Positions 12,818 to 25,455 of a stretch of DNA of 57,062 nucleotides are shown piece by piece. The stretch spans positions 1 to 57,062 of the forward strand of contig JALAGF010005773.1 in the NCBI GenBank assembly GCA_030167865.1, read 5' to 3'. The position numbers and the translations under genes are program-made. Each line of letters starts with the position of its first letter. Within the stretch, counting starts at the first letter, position 1. The notes under the pieces are model-generated. The model did no database searches. It was not told the origin of the DNA and saw only the letters and a list, made by a program, of their open reading frames with translations. The DNA comes from Craspedostauros australis. Lineage: Eukaryota.

Positions 12818-15376
12818 ATGCCTCCACCAGTGCGATCTTCTCGGATGACGAAGATGTCAACCACTGGGGACGACAGTGGATCCGAATCGAAGAGCCGTTC
12901 CCAAAGTCGATCACAGGAACGTGCTTCTCATCGTCACCTCACACGGAAGTCGACCGCAAGCACAGACTCATCGAGCACCACCAGCATCAAACTCAGGATC
13001 ACCAACAGCAACAGCAACAACAAGAACGGGAGCGTTTGCAGAGGTTGCCCACCATCCACAGCAACAGCAAATCGAGGGAAGAAATCGACGCAACAAAAGC
13101 GCGGGAAAAGGAATCGCACGAAGCGCAGTGCGGCACACTCGGGAGCGCCGCTGCAATCAACAGCCCGCGAACCTGGGAAGCCATCTCATGCGGATGCGGC
13201 GATGGGCGAGTCTGACTCAAATGGAAGACGTCACTCACACAGAACGCGTCCAACCCACCATGACGCCAGCCACAGCAAGTCTGCCTCCAAAGGCGGAAAG
13301 TCGAAGGATCAGGCAACCGCAAACGATCAAGACAATGATGCTGCTGGACGCTCAAACTCGTTGACTGTCGCGACAACCCAGCCATCATCCAACGGCAATG
13401 GACGTGACGGCAAGAACACCAGTGGGCTGAGAAGCAAATCATCTTCCAGTGACACAAAGAGGCAGAAAGTACCGCACAATAGCAAAGACGACGGTGGTCT
13501 TGTGGACCGCTCCAACAAACAGATAGATCGCAGTGAGATACCATCGGACCTTACGGACTCGGCAGAATCTCATCGCGAGAACACACAGCCATCACTGGCA
13601 AAGAAGAGCAAAATGAAGTCTCCCAGGGCCAAGAAAGGCTCAACCTCCAAGTCCTCAGCAGCATCCAAGCTGGACGCGAAGAAAGGCAAGGCAACAACGA
13701 ACAAGAGGAAGAAAACAAGGAAACAGAAGAAGCAGAGGAAGAAGGTGAGCAACACAAGCAAGAAAGCAAAATTCAGTACTTCATTTGTGCATTCAGAAGC
13801 ACAATTGATACCACTCCAGACGATCGAGGAGACATCCGAAACGGGATCCTCGTTATGCGATGGGGATGGCATCATCTCCACCGATGCAAGGGAATTGCAA
13901 CCAGCAGTCATCCGAGAGTCATCCAAGGTGGCCGACATCCTGAATGCACCCGCGCATTCGCCCCCCATCGAAATCAGACCACCTATTGCAACCCATTGTG
14001 CGTCTATTCATGAAAGTCTGCGTGCGACCCCATCTGCCTGCGCAGCCAAACATGCATCACAAACCACAACTGCTACAAATGGCCGCTCCAAAAAGAGCAA
14101 GAGAAAGCCTGCAACGAAGACGAAGACAAGCAGAGGTGGCCAACCCAAACGAAAGAACGCTGGTTCCACAAACGCGCAACATGCTACCAATAATCAGTCC
14201 TCATCGAAGGATGCGACTCGAACAAAGGCTGGCAAGACACGTACTCGCAGGAAGGCAGCAAATAGCACAAATGTGAGAGAAGACGGGCAGAAAAAGGAAG
14301 GAATTGAAGGAATAGATCAGTCGGACTTCAACATGCAATCGACGCAAACATCGCAGCCTCGCCCAGAATCTGGCCCGAAGACCACCAAGACCTCATCGAC
14401 CAAATCGACGAGCTCCGAAACGAAGATCCAGATGAGGCCAACCGCGACCACCACCACCACGAAGAAGAAAAAGAAGCAGAAGAAGCAGATCGACAGCAAC
14501 GAGAGTAAGAGCAAGAAGAATGCGGCGAAAACAAGCAGTGCCACCTCGAAAAGCAAGAAGGCCACAAAGACTCAAAAGACTGGAAAACGACTATCCGTTG
14601 CGTCGGAGAGATCGGTCGCGTCCAACCAGCGCCAGGAACCACAGATGCAGCACCATTATGGCCAGGAACATTCAGCACATCGTGGTGCCGAATCCGGACA
14701 ATCGTCCCGTCCGATATTGACGACGACGAAGACGCAGCCGCAGAACTCCGTGAACTCTTCGAAGCCTCAGCAACTACATTTGTGCGAGTATGGAGCAGAA
14801 GATAGGGATGATGACGACCAATCGACGAAAGCAGAATCCGTCACACAACGAACCTCGACCAGCACCTTCCTCGGTATGAACACGGACAGACCCATCGAGC
14901 AGGCTTGCGACGAGGATATTGCAGCTGATGCGGCTGCGACACGAGGTCGGAGCATGATGCACGGTGCGCAAGACGAGCGTTGCGACGACAGATCGAAGCA
15001 CTCTGGAACGACTGCCGCCATGCGAACGCCACGAACGGTCGCTGTCGACGGCATGGCCGACTCCGAGAAGCATCACTGCGATGCGCACCGATCACAATCG
15101 CAATCACATCGCAAATCTTGGTTCGATTTGATCCGCCTGGGAAAGCCAGCCAACCAGAGACCGAGCTGCGGATCCACAGCCACTTCCGCCACGGGCAACA
15201 CTTCGTCGGACCACATGCATCAGCAACAGGATTGGTTCGTGCGCTCAAGGTCCGAACTGACAGAGGCGCAGGACAGCGACGCGAGGGCGCGGATGATGGA
15301 AATGACATTCTTCGACACCTATCCCGACTCGTACTACAACATTCTGGAGAGCGGCCAGGAAGTGGAGTTGATGTAA
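12818..15376 (+). CDS. Hypothetical low-complexity Lys/Ser/Thr-rich, probably disordered protein (~850 aa)
   Basis: An uninterrupted ORF of more than 2.5 kb, with ACC ATG at 12818 and many basic clusters (NLS/NoLS-like). No domain recognised. Confidence 0.65.
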   Translation: MPPPVRSSRMTKMSTTGDDSGSESKSRSQSRSQERASHRHLTRKSTASTDSSSTTSIKLRITNSNSNNKNGSVCRGCPPSTATANRGKKSTQQKRGKRNRTKRSAAHSGAPLQSTAREPGKPSHADAAMGESDSNGRRHSHRTRPTHHDASHSKSASKGGKSKDQATANDQDNDAAGRSNSLTVATTQPSSNGNGRDGKNTSGLRSKSSSSDTKRQKVPHNSKDDGGLVDRSNKQIDRSEIPSDLTDSAESHRENTQPSLAKKSKMKSPRAKKGSTSKSSAASKLDAKKGKATTNKRKKTRKQKKQRKKVSNTSKKAKFSTSFVHSEAQLIPLQTIEETSETGSSLCDGDGIISTDARELQPAVIRESSKVADILNAPAHSPPIEIRPPIATHCASIHESLRATPSACAAKHASQTTTATNGRSKKSKRKPATKTKTSRGGQPKRKNAGSTNAQHATNNQSSSKDATRTKAGKTRTRRKAANSTNVREDGQKKEGIEGIDQSDFNMQSTQTSQPRPESGPKTTKTSSTKSTSSETKIQMRPTATTTTTKKKKKQKKQIDSNESKSKKNAAKTSSATSKSKKATKTQKTGKRLSVASERSVASNQRQEPQMQHHYGQEHSAHRGAESGQSSRPILTTTKTQPQNSVNSSKPQQLHLCEYGAEDRDDDDQSTKAESVTQRTSTSTFLGMNTDRPIEQACDEDIAADAAATRGRSMMHGAQDERCDDRSKHSGTTAAMRTPRTVAVDGMADSEKHHCDAHRSQSQSHRKSWFDLIRLGKPANQRPSCGSTATSATGNTSSDHMHQQQDWFVRSRSELTEAQDSDARARMMEMTFFDTYPDSYYNILESGQEVELM

Positions 15377-15913
15377 TTGTGAAGTTCGTGGTGAATGCAC
15401 CAGCAGAGCAGAGTACGGCGTAGGCAAAGTACTGATACAATACTCTGTTTGACTCTGAATGTTCCAGTGCCATCGACAAGTGAGAAGCAAAGCACTCTAT
15501 TGAAAGTGTTGGTGAGTTCTTGGCCGCGTTGAGGACTGACTAGGAGAAGGGTGATCAGTCTTGATCATTTAATTCAGATGTTATTTTCATCGTTGTTATG
15601 CTACAGTTCTATTCTTAGATGCGAACAAAGGGGAGTGGCGGGCATCGATTCGATACATGCTGTTATACGATACCAGAAGTAGAAAACTGAGTTGTGGAGT
15701 AGCAAAGCGTGTGACCGCCCCATCATCCTCGAGCAACCAGCACTTGGTTGTTCGAAGGGTCTGGGGTCGGAACCTTTTCAGTTTTGGTTATGGGATAGGA
15801 TGTTTAATTTTGCTTCTAAGGGGGGCATGGAGCACCCACGGGGAGAGTCACCACGACGAATTCGTTGGTGGACGGAGGTCAGGGGAGAATGGGTGGCCAT
15901 CCGAATTGGCAAA

Positions 15914-16633
15914 TTACAGCATCTTCTTGACGAACTTGTTGATCTCCTCTCCACGGGCACCGGCTTCTCCGCCCTCCATGAAGTGCAGAAGCTTGGTCTT
16001 GCGGGAGAATCCTCCGGTTGGGTTGGAGAGCTTGAACGGCCAGAGGAAGTTGTTGGCCTGCTTGAAGTTTGGTCCGACGGTGTAGATCTCGTTGATGAGG
16101 TCGGCAGTGCAGTTGATGTCGAACTTTCCGAGGCCCTCCTCGACGACGGAGTTGTCGGCGATTGGGATGCGCTGCTTGCGGATCTTTCCGAATCCACGCT
16201 TGTAGACGAGCTTCTGGACGGTGGCGCGGGTTGGGTAGCCGTACGTGACGTATGGCTCGATGAGCCGGAGCATGCGGATGGTGGCCTCGTTGAGCTTCAC
16301 GAAGGTGGCGTTGTGCAGCTGGCGCAGACGGAAGAGCTGCATGACGCGCTTGGCCTTTGGAGAGACTCCGATGGTACCGCGGATGCGGACCACAAGGGCG
16401 AGCTTTGGCTGGGCTGGGATGAAGAATCCGCCATCGATCTTGGCCTTGCGGCGGTTGTCGACGGCCTCGCGCTCTGCCTTCTCGTACTCCTCGTCGTACT
16501 TCTTGGAGTTGGCGAGGAACTTGGCGGCGTCGGCGGTGGCCTTGGTCTCGGCCTCCTTGGCGGCAGCGGCGGCGGCGTCAGCCAGCTTCTTCTGGGTGGC
16601 CTGCTTCTTAAGGACGGACTCTGGTGTCTTCAT
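15914..16633 (-). CDS. RPL7: 60S ribosomal protein L7 (uL30)
   Basis: MKTPESVLKK...PKLALVVRIRG...QLFRLRQLHNATFVKLN...EPYVTYGYP...FKQANNFLWPFKLSNP. Strong codon bias and no intron. Confidence 0.97.
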   Translation of the reverse strand: MKTPESVLKKQATQKKLADAAAAAAKEAETKATADAAKFLANSKKYDEEYEKAEREAVDNRRKAKIDGGFFIPAQPKLALVVRIRGTIGVSPKAKRVMQLFRLRQLHNATFVKLNEATIRMLRLIEPYVTYGYPTRATVQKLVYKRGFGKIRKQRIPIADNSVVEEGLGKFDINCTADLINEIYTVGPNFKQANNFLWPFKLSNPTGGFSRKTKLLHFMEGGEAGARGEEINKFVKKML

Positions 16634-17227
16634 GGTGGCTGGTGTTGGTTGTTTGTTTGGGCAGCGACGCTGTGTACTTTTGTGAATGGCGGTGGTGAAG
16701 CCAGTCCGATTCACACGGGTGTTGGCTCAGTCGCAGGCAGAGGTGTTGTTCGTTTGTACCAAAAAACAACAACGGGCGACCACGAAAGCTGCGACGAAAC
16801 CGCCCAGCGCCACCAGATCCGCACACAACACACCATCCCACACAAGACAAGCGCAAGTAAGGCGGTAAACTGCGTCGGAGGCAAGGCCACATCCAGTCAC
16901 GGATATCCCAGACCAGTCTTGCAGTCGTCCGTAGCAAACTCGTTGGATCGAGTGAGTCTTGTCACCATTCAAAAACAATCAAGTGATTTCTCCACACAAA
17001 TGATACCAAAATGTGACGAGAACGCCAACCAACCAAACAGACCACAACCCATCCATCAAGAGACGCGGCTGGCAACACATGTTCTCCATGATCATTGTGG
17101 CAGACCCTCTCTGTTGAGGCAGGATCGTAGCACCGACACACCAACTGACTGACCCATCGAGTCACATGCAACCTTCTCCCACAAGATTGATCGCTGAAGC
17201 AATACCTGTGCATCAGCATCAACATCG

Positions 17228-17271
<44 letters not shown>

Positions 17272-17283
17272 GACGGCAACAAC
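17228..17283 (+). repeat. (GCAACA)n hexanucleotide microsatellite just upstream of the RRP5 start
   Basis: gcaacagcaacagcaacag... directly visible. Confidence 0.9.
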
Positions 17284-17284
17284 G

Positions 17285-20200
17285 ATGGTGATGGAAGCAG
17301 CTTTCCCACGTGGAGGTCGATCGAAGACTCCGGACAAGCAGGCGCAGCAGGCCGATGATCAATCCCAAAAGAAGAGACGGAAGGATGACAGCAAGAAGGC
17401 AACAGCGGTCCGTCCCGACAGCGATTTCCTTTTCGGAAAGTCAGCAGCGGAAACGTCCGCCAAGCGCCGCAAAACATCGACGTCTTCGTCAGCCTCGCCC
17501 AAATCCAATTCAGGATCCGATTCGTCAAAGAAGCTATCCATGATGGAAGTCGGCGGCGGTGGTGTCGTGCGTCGCCGGCATGGCAAGAAGGAGGAGACCG
17601 TCATCGAGGCGCTGTCCTTCAACAAGCTCGCCAAGGACACCAAGCTCTTTGGAACTGTCCGGGAAGTCCATGACGAATTTGCCGTCGTCAGCCTACCCAA
17701 CCTGCTCACCGGGTACCTGCTGCAGGAGGGAGGCACCCCGCTGTCCAAGTGCCTGGCCATCGGCCAGTCCATGGCGTTCATCGTCGTCAAGATCGTCACA
17801 GAGCACGTCAAGGGAGGGCAGCAGCGCAGGAGGATTCAGGTGTCCGCGAAGCCGTCATTGATCAACGGACGGGACACACCGTCCAGGACCTACCCTATCA
17901 GAGGTCAGATCAAGTCTGTCGAGGATCACGGCTGTTTGGTCGACATAGGGTACAACCGCACTGGCTTCCTCCCATTCCGATCTGTCCGTGGTGAATACAC
18001 TGTCATCGAAGACTCTGCGAACGGGGGCGACGACGGTGACGACGACAACGACCAGGCTGCGATTGATGCTGTTCCTGATGGTCACCTCATCCTCCAGAAG
18101 GGACGGGTGTACGATTTCCTCGTCAATTCCGACAAGAAGGAGACCGTCACAGCGCTCTCTCTGTCCAAAAAGACCTACACGACGAAGCTGATACCAACTT
18201 CGCCGCCGCCGCTCTCGTCGCTGTGCCCAGGATGGCTTGTGCAGGCCAAGATCGACACTCTCGCCAGGAATGGACTTTGCATCACATTCTTCGGAGAAGC
18301 TTTCCGCGGAGCCGTCGAGATCTCCCACATCGGCGGACACTTCATCCCCGACGAACGCAACGAGAGCACGGAGTGGAAGGCCATCTTCAACAAGGTCCAG
18401 ACCTTCACGGCCCGCATCGTCGCCGTCGACGTCGCCACAAAGCTGATACGGCTGTCGCTGCAACAGCACCTAGTGGAAATGAAGCCACCCACCGAACTCC
18501 CACCAGTAGGCTCCACCATCAAGGGCTGCCGCGTCATCCGCCTGGATGCAGGCATCGGTGCGTTGCTGGCCTTCCCCGAATCGCACAACAAGGAAAGAGC
18601 CCACAGCAAAGTCAACAGCGATCTGCAAGCCATCCCGGCCTACCACGACTCTCGCAAGGTCGCCGCGGCCTACGTCCACATCTCGAAGGCCATTGATGAG
18701 AACGACGCGCAGCTCTTCACCAAGGAATTCGCGCCATCAACCGTCCACGACGTCCGCATCCTCAGCACGCAAAATCTCATTGACGGCGTTGCCTCCGGTG
18801 CTTGTTCCAAGAGCCTGGTCGACGCTCACGTCCTGACGCATTCCGACCTCCAACCAGGACGTATCTACCGTCAGGTTGCCATCTCGGCGCAGCTTGAGGG
18901 TGGCAGCGTGCTGGTCAACTTGGGTTCCGACGTGCGCGGTCTGATCCCTCCCCTACAACTCTTCGAAACCACAGCAGAATCTGGTTACCGCAAGAAGCTC
19001 CTGCGTGCCAAATTTGCCGTCGGTGCCAAAATCGACGTGCGAGTTCTTTGGGTCGACGCGGCAAGAAAGAAATGCCTCCTCACCTCGAAGAGAGGACTCA
19101 TGCAGGAAGTCGTAGACCCAATCACAGCCTACGAAGACATCAAACACGGACAACGCGCTGTGGGGTACGTCTCGAAGATCGATGATCGAGGTTTGTTTGT
19201 CACCTTCTGCAACCGGGTCTACGGACGGGTCACCAAGCGATCGTTGGCAGCAGATCTCGGAATCGACGATCACAGGCAGGATTACAGCGTCGGCGATGTC
19301 GTATCATGCTACGTCCTCAATCGCAAGTGCCGCGTCCAAACGCAAGGCAGGGGCAATATCGACAACATGGACGATGACGCCGCCGCCCACGACGACGACA
19401 GCATGGATGCCACGTCCACGTTCTGGGAGCTGACACTGGGCATGAAAGCAGATGATGCTGGGGACGACAAAGACGTTGATATGGTGCGAACTGACGCGTC
19501 CCCGCAGACCGTCCACCTAACGAGGAATATCGTCATCCCACCCAAGTCCATCAAGATTTTGCATCTGGTCAAGGGAAAGATGAAGAACAAGGTGGGCACC
19601 ATCCCTGGTTACGCCATCGTCAGCATGAAATCCAAGCACCTGCTGAAGGATCAAGAGATCACGTCGATGCCTTCATACATCGAGTGCAAACTGCCGTACG
19701 ACCAACTCCTGGACGAATACGACGCAGACGACCTCGAGTCGCCCGAGGCGCTGGATGAGCTGGCCGAAGGCGTTCTGAAGGTTGGCAAGAAGATCAACCA
19801 GCAGGCCATCGTTCTGACGGATCCCAACAAGCTCGACGTGGAGTACAAGACCGGGGTCGGCAGCCTGGTGGTCTTGTCCATCCGCAAGAAGCTCGTTTCA
19901 TGCATCTCCGATGCGGCAATCAAGGCCGAAAGCAACGAAGCCGACGGCAGTGAGACCACTGGCAACGAAGCCATGGTCCCCCACCCAACCTCCAACCTCT
20001 ACAAAGGAGCGAAGCTGCTCGGCTATGTCACAAGGATCGATCAGCGTTTTGGAGGCTTCGTGCGTTTCCTGGACGGTCTGACGGGCCTTGTTCCGAAGAC
20101 CAGCCGAGGCATCGACCTCCCCCTCTACGGTACCATCGTCACCCGTGTCGTCACAGTCGACGACACCAAGATGCCACCCAAAATCCTGTTGGAAACGGCG

Positions 20201-23200
20201 GCGGAACTGCCACGGAAGACATCTCCCAGCAACGGAACTGCCGCAGCGAACAAGAAGTCCCCTCCTGCACCATACAAGCTCGGGGACATCGTGGACAAGC
20301 TGGAGATCTCGCAGATCAATTTCCACCACGCGTCACTCACCATGGTAGATGACGAGTCGCCGAAGCACGCTCGTTTCGAGATGCAAGCATCTCACAAGAA
20401 ATCGCCGGTCTTGCCATCAAGTGGTGTCCTCAAGAAATCACGATCAAAGACCTCCAAGAAACCAAACAACAAGACCATCACGAAGGACCACCCCTTCCAT
20501 GGCCTCCAGGTTGGTGAAGTCTTGAAGAGTCTGGTAGTCGTGAGCGTCAAGAAGCAGAAGAACAACATGCACGCGGTCTTGCTCTCCGATTGGACCGACA
20601 CAGATCGGTCTTTCATGACGGCGGCCAGCGAGACCGACCTTCCCAAAGGAGCAGAGGTCGATGGAATTATCACCAGCGTTGCGACAGCCAACCGCGGTTT
20701 GCACGTCCAAATCTCGCCCGCTGTGCATGGATTCATCCCAGCTCTGGAGTTTTCGGATGATGTTGACGTGCTGAATGCGCTGCAACAAAGGGTGAAGATC
20801 GGTTCGCGCATCAAATGCCACGTGCTCGAGAACAGCCAAAGATCGAAGAAGGGGAGCGACGACAGAGGCAAGAACGGCAAGGGAAGAAAACGTTCGACGC
20901 TGTACCTTGGATGCCTCCCAAGTGCCACCGCGAGCGAGTCATCCAAGTCCAAGACCCAACCAAGCCGTGGAGATGTTCTGACGGGCATGATCAACAGGTC
21001 TGCCAATCCAAAGCTAGCCCCGTCGGTCATGATCGACTTCCGTGGTGGACTTGTTGGACGTTGCTGCATTTGCGAACTGGACAGTACCGACGAGTGGGTG
21101 AACATGCCTCTTGGCCGCATGGCCATGAAGGGAAGTAAACCTGGGTCGAAGAATGAGACCAATTCAGGCAACAACGATGACGGTACAAATGCTACGCCCG
21201 CTCAACAAACGAACGGTCCAAGCACACCATCGACTTCTGACGGTGAAGGTGCAAATGATTCCGGCAGGTATGTATGGTGATGTTGTTTTTCGCGTCGTGG
21301 TAACATGTCGCCATGTTGATGTGCAGCTGTGTTGATGATCCATTGATGAGCGCGGATGATGTGTGGATGATGTGGCTGTGTGTGTACCCTTGGATGATAT
21401 TCATTTGCGCATGTGTTTGGCACTGTGCTTGTGTGCACGTTGTGCTCGCGCATCTGAACCTGCATGAGGCGAACATCATGGTCTGTGTGGTACCATGCAT
21501 GTGATGCTCCGGTCCTCTTTGGACCGGGTTGATTGCAAAACAGCAAAGATCTTTGTGCGGAGAGGCCCGTGCCATTTTGTCTCGATGGGTCGCAATGAAA
21601 CAGGATCGACAGTTGTATGAAACTACAACACTTTGTTGATTGCATGACAATTTGTACAGCAGGCTCACTTATTTACTTTTGCTATGCTTCTACGTATTCT
21701 GCATTCTCGTGTTCTGGCACCTCGTATCATCTCGGTGCACATCATCGAACGATCATCGTTGTTGCCATGGTGATAATCGTCGCCATTCCACGATCACACA
21801 GTCCATTTGCCCACGGAAGATACGTGTCTTGCCGTGTGCTGAAGGCTGTGCGCGGGAGCACAACAATCGAAGCCAGTCTGAGGCAAGAGAGGATGGAGGG
21901 TGATCTCGATGACGATCCGATCCCCGAGGAAGGCGACACCATCCAAGGTTACGTTGTCCACACCGACAAGAAAGGTTGCTTCGTGCGACTCTCTCGCACC
22001 ACGCAGGCTCGTGTCATCCTCAAGGAGCTTTGCGATGGCTTCTTGCAAAAGCCAGAAGTCGCGTTCCCCATGGGCAGGCTGGTCGTCGGCAAGGTCAAGT
22101 CCGTCCGCGAGGCACCCAAGAAGGGCAAGAAGACCCTCGACTCGATCACGCATCTAGTTGACCTAGACATGCGTGAATCGGTGATGCTGGACGAAGATAA
22201 CAAGCTGACCTACGACGACATCGAGATCAAGGGCAAGTACAAGGGAACTGTGACGAGAATCGAAACGTACGGCGTCTTCGTCCGTTTGGACGGAAGCGAG
22301 ATCTCTGGACTTGCCCATAAGAGCGAGTGCAGTGACGCCTACGTCACGAGCGTCGAAGCTCTGTATGATCCTGGTGACCTCGTCAAGGTCCTGGTCGTCA
22401 AGAAGGATGACGAAACGAAGCGAGTTGGTTTCAGTCTGAAGGCCAGCCACTTTGCCGACGACGAAGACTCCGATGACGATTCAGACGCCATGGACGTCGA
22501 TGACTTGGAAGATGGCGACGGTGACGACGGCAGCGATGGCAATGAAGATGACGATGATGGCAGCGACGCTGTTGACTCTGACGACGAAAATTTCGTCTCC
22601 AAGCTCGCCAAGAAGATGAACAAGAGCAAGGCAGCGCAAGACTCTAGCGATGACAGCGACGACGATGACGATAGCGGCAGCGACGATGACAGTGATGATG
22701 AGGAGGACAATGGGAAGAACAACATGGACACCGATGTTGGCTTCGATTGGTTGCCAGGCAAGAAGGATTCCGTATCCAAGAGCTCTTCCGCTGCCTTTGG
22801 TGCCACCAGCAACGATGGCGACGACTCAGAATCCGACGACAGCGACAATGATTCAGATGACGAGGCCGACGACGGCAAGAAGTCCAAGACAAGCTCGAAG
22901 AAGAAGCAGGCCCTGCGCCGCAAGGAGGAACGCGAAATCAGCCAGCGAGAAGCGGCGTTGGCCGATGGTACCGCCGACGAAAACCCGGAGACCGCCGCCG
23001 ACTTCGAACGTCTCATTGCCGGCAGTCCAAACTCATCTGAGCTTTGGATCCGCTTCATGGCATTCTACCTGTCCATGGCGGATATCCCGGCCGCCCGTAA
23101 GGTGGCGCAACGAGCCTTCGATCGCATCGAGTTCCGCGAGGAGAAGGAGAAGCTCAACGTGTGGACTGCCTTGCTGACGCTGGAGCTGAAGTACGGGACG

Positions 23201-23821
23201 GAAGAGACCCTCAACAAGACGATGGAGCGGGCATGCCAGCACAACAACCCCAAGCACGTCCATCTCCGCGTCTGCGAGCTGCTCGCCAAGGACGTGAAGG
23301 CAAGCACCACGCCTGACTCTGTCGCGCGAGCAGACGCCATGTTCGCCAAGATGTGCAAGAAGTTCAAGTCGAAGAAGAAGGTGTGGATCGCCCACGTGCA
23401 GTTCCTTCTCGAGGTGTCGCGTCAGCAGGAGGCCCACGAATTGCTAAAGCGGGCCCTGCTCTCGTTGCCAACCTACAAGCACGTCGAGGCGATGACAAGG
23501 TTCGCGCAGCTGGAATTCGAACTAGGCAGCGCCGAACGAGGACGCACGTTGTTCGATGGTCTGACGACGAAGAATCCAAAGCGTCTGGATCTGTTCTTCG
23601 TCTACCTCGACAAGGAGGTGAAGTTCGGCGATGTCACCGCGGCCCGGCACTCCATCGAGAAACGGGTCGAGGCTGTCACCGACGGAAAGCGCAAGCTCTC
23701 CGACAAGCAGATGAAGAGCCTGTTCAAGAAGTGGTACAGAATCGAGGAAGAGCATGGAACGGAAGAGTCCTGCCAACGCGTCAAGGAGGCAGCCCGAGCC
23801 TTCGTCGAGAGGACGTCATAG
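17285..23821 (+). CDS. RRP5: rRNA biogenesis protein RRP5 (multiple S1 domains + C-terminal HAT/TPR); exons 17285-21267 and 21802-23821
   Basis: S1 repeats (GQIKSVEDHGCLVDIG; GYVVHTDKKGCFVRL; GTVTRIETYGVFVRL), an acidic linker, and a C-terminus with DFERLIAGSPNSSELWIRFMAF, IEFREEKEKLNVW and KFKSKKKVWI. A phase-2 GTATGT..CACAG intron at 21268-21801 keeps the frame. An alternative AG acceptor at 21819 is also in frame. Confidence 0.95.
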
Positions 23822-24504
23822 ATCTGAACACCAACATAATGCTAAAGCTGATGCACAGTGTCACAGAGAAGAAGTAAGCCCTCCTGTACCATACGTATGT
23901 ATTGTATGTACGAGTGTGTATGCACGCCTGCATGTCTGTATGGCCCAAGAGCGAGGAGTACTCTACTTGAAGTTTGGATGTTCGTTCGGATTGTTTGTGA
24001 TGTTATTGCGGTAGAGCAAATATGTACTTTCTCAGTGTTGGTATAGTAGCGGCAGAGTCTCGCAGAGAGCCGTGCTCTACGGTAGTAACCTGCGCAGCGG
24101 CAAAGGAAGCGGAGTCAAAACGGCGTCAAAGCATCAAAAGGTTCACAGTTCGTGGTCAGCGATGAAGTCTATGTTTGCCATCGTAGACTGAAGCTGTTTT
24201 CGATGGGTTTCGGCGACGAGGACGAAAAAAAGACAGCGACAACTCCGAAACCCCTCCGAATGACACGCAATGGAACACAACAAAAACAATAACAACAACT
24301 GCTTGTAGCCGCACACAACAATACCCTACCTTACTTACCATACCGCAATCAATGTGTTAGAGCAGACCCACGCATTCCGTGAGAGTATCATATCCACAGA
24401 CGTAGACCCAAACGTGAACGCAGCGACAACCACACCCACGACCACACCAGCGTTACGGCACTGTGATCAGAAGCACTCAAGAGAGAGAGAGAGAGAGAGA
24501 GACC

Positions 24505-25455
24505 ATGGCGCCAGCATCGTCGTCGTCGTCGTCCTACCAGCAAGCATGGTTCCTGGGCGCACCCGCCACGAAGGTCTCAATGCTAATTCTGCTGTTCCTG
24601 AACGTTCTCAGTCATTCCAGTGGCGGGACGAGCAGCGGAAGCGGCCACATCGCATCCACGATGCATCGATCCTTCCACGGATTCCGATGGTCCGATTTTC
24701 TCACTTCCAAATTCCTGTATGCATCCACGGCGCAATTCATCACCGGCGTTCTCTGCATGGCCACCCACCTGCGACGCTTGGAGCGTGAATTCGGTTCTGA
24801 GAAATTCGTGGTGTTCCTGGGATTCGTCACGGCGTTCACCATCTGCATGGAAGTGCTGGGCTTGGTGGTACTGGACATCGTCCCGCCCCGATACAACGGG
24901 GCCTTCTCGTGGCTGGGAGCGGCGTTGTTCATGATGGAGCGCTACACGCCTCGCATGAATCCCAACTTCGTGTCGGTCTTGGGATTTGCGTTCTCGGAAA
25001 AGATCCTGTCATACATCTTCTCAATCTACATCATCTGCAGCGGAGGAATGACAACGATCGTGCCGGCGGCGATGGGCGCCGCGGGTGCGGCAGCATTCGT
25101 CACGTTGCCATCCTTCCGGTTGCCATCATTTGTGACCAAGCTGGGTGCGAACCTTTTCTCGTTTGTGACGGATGATCCGCCTTCGGTGTATGCGCCGCTT
25201 GTGCAAAATCACGTGGGAGGCCGCAACCGGACGGCAACTGATGCATTTGGGATGGCAGTGAACAACAACAACAACAACAACAACAACATTGCTCACAGAA
25301 GAAGACCTGCTGCCCCGATAGCACCGGTGGGACCATCGGAAGATGCTATCCAGCAGCTCACGTCGATGGGTTTCAGCCGCGAGAACGTGGTCCGGGCTCT
25401 GGAGCGAAGTGGCAACAGTGTGGAACGAGCTGCCGACCAGCTGCTGTCTCAGTAG
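24505..25455 (+). CDS. Rhomboid-like pseudoprotease + C-terminal UBA domain (UBAC2/Dsc2-like)
   Basis: GAPATK at the N-terminus, LRRLEREFGSEKF, several transmembrane segments and FSEK. The C-terminal SEDAIQQLTSMGFSRENVVRALERSGNSVERAADQLL is a UBA domain. Confidence 0.87.
   Translation: MAPASSSSSSYQQAWFLGAPATKVSMLILLFLNVLSHSSGGTSSGSGHIASTMHRSFHGFRWSDFLTSKFLYASTAQFITGVLCMATHLRRLEREFGSEKFVVFLGFVTAFTICMEVLGLVVLDIVPPRYNGAFSWLGAALFMMERYTPRMNPNFVSVLGFAFSEKILSYIFSIYIICSGGMTTIVPAAMGAAGAAAFVTLPSFRLPSFVTKLGANLFSFVTDDPPSVYAPLVQNHVGGRNRTATDAFGMAVNNNNNNNNNIAHRRRPAAPIAPVGPSEDAIQQLTSMGFSRENVVRALERSGNSVERAADQLLSQ

Noticed and set aside
15692..17152. 486-aa plus-strand ORF
   Set aside because: Antisense shadow of the strongly codon-biased RPL7 gene.
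21617..21801. Separate gene start for the 734-aa ORF
   Set aside because: This segment is intronic. The ORF is RRP5 exon 2.
21268..21801. C/D-box snoRNA in the RRP5 intron (TGATGA...CTGA words)
   Set aside because: TGATGA is common in this GAT/TG-rich intron, and I recognised no terminal stem or rRNA guide.
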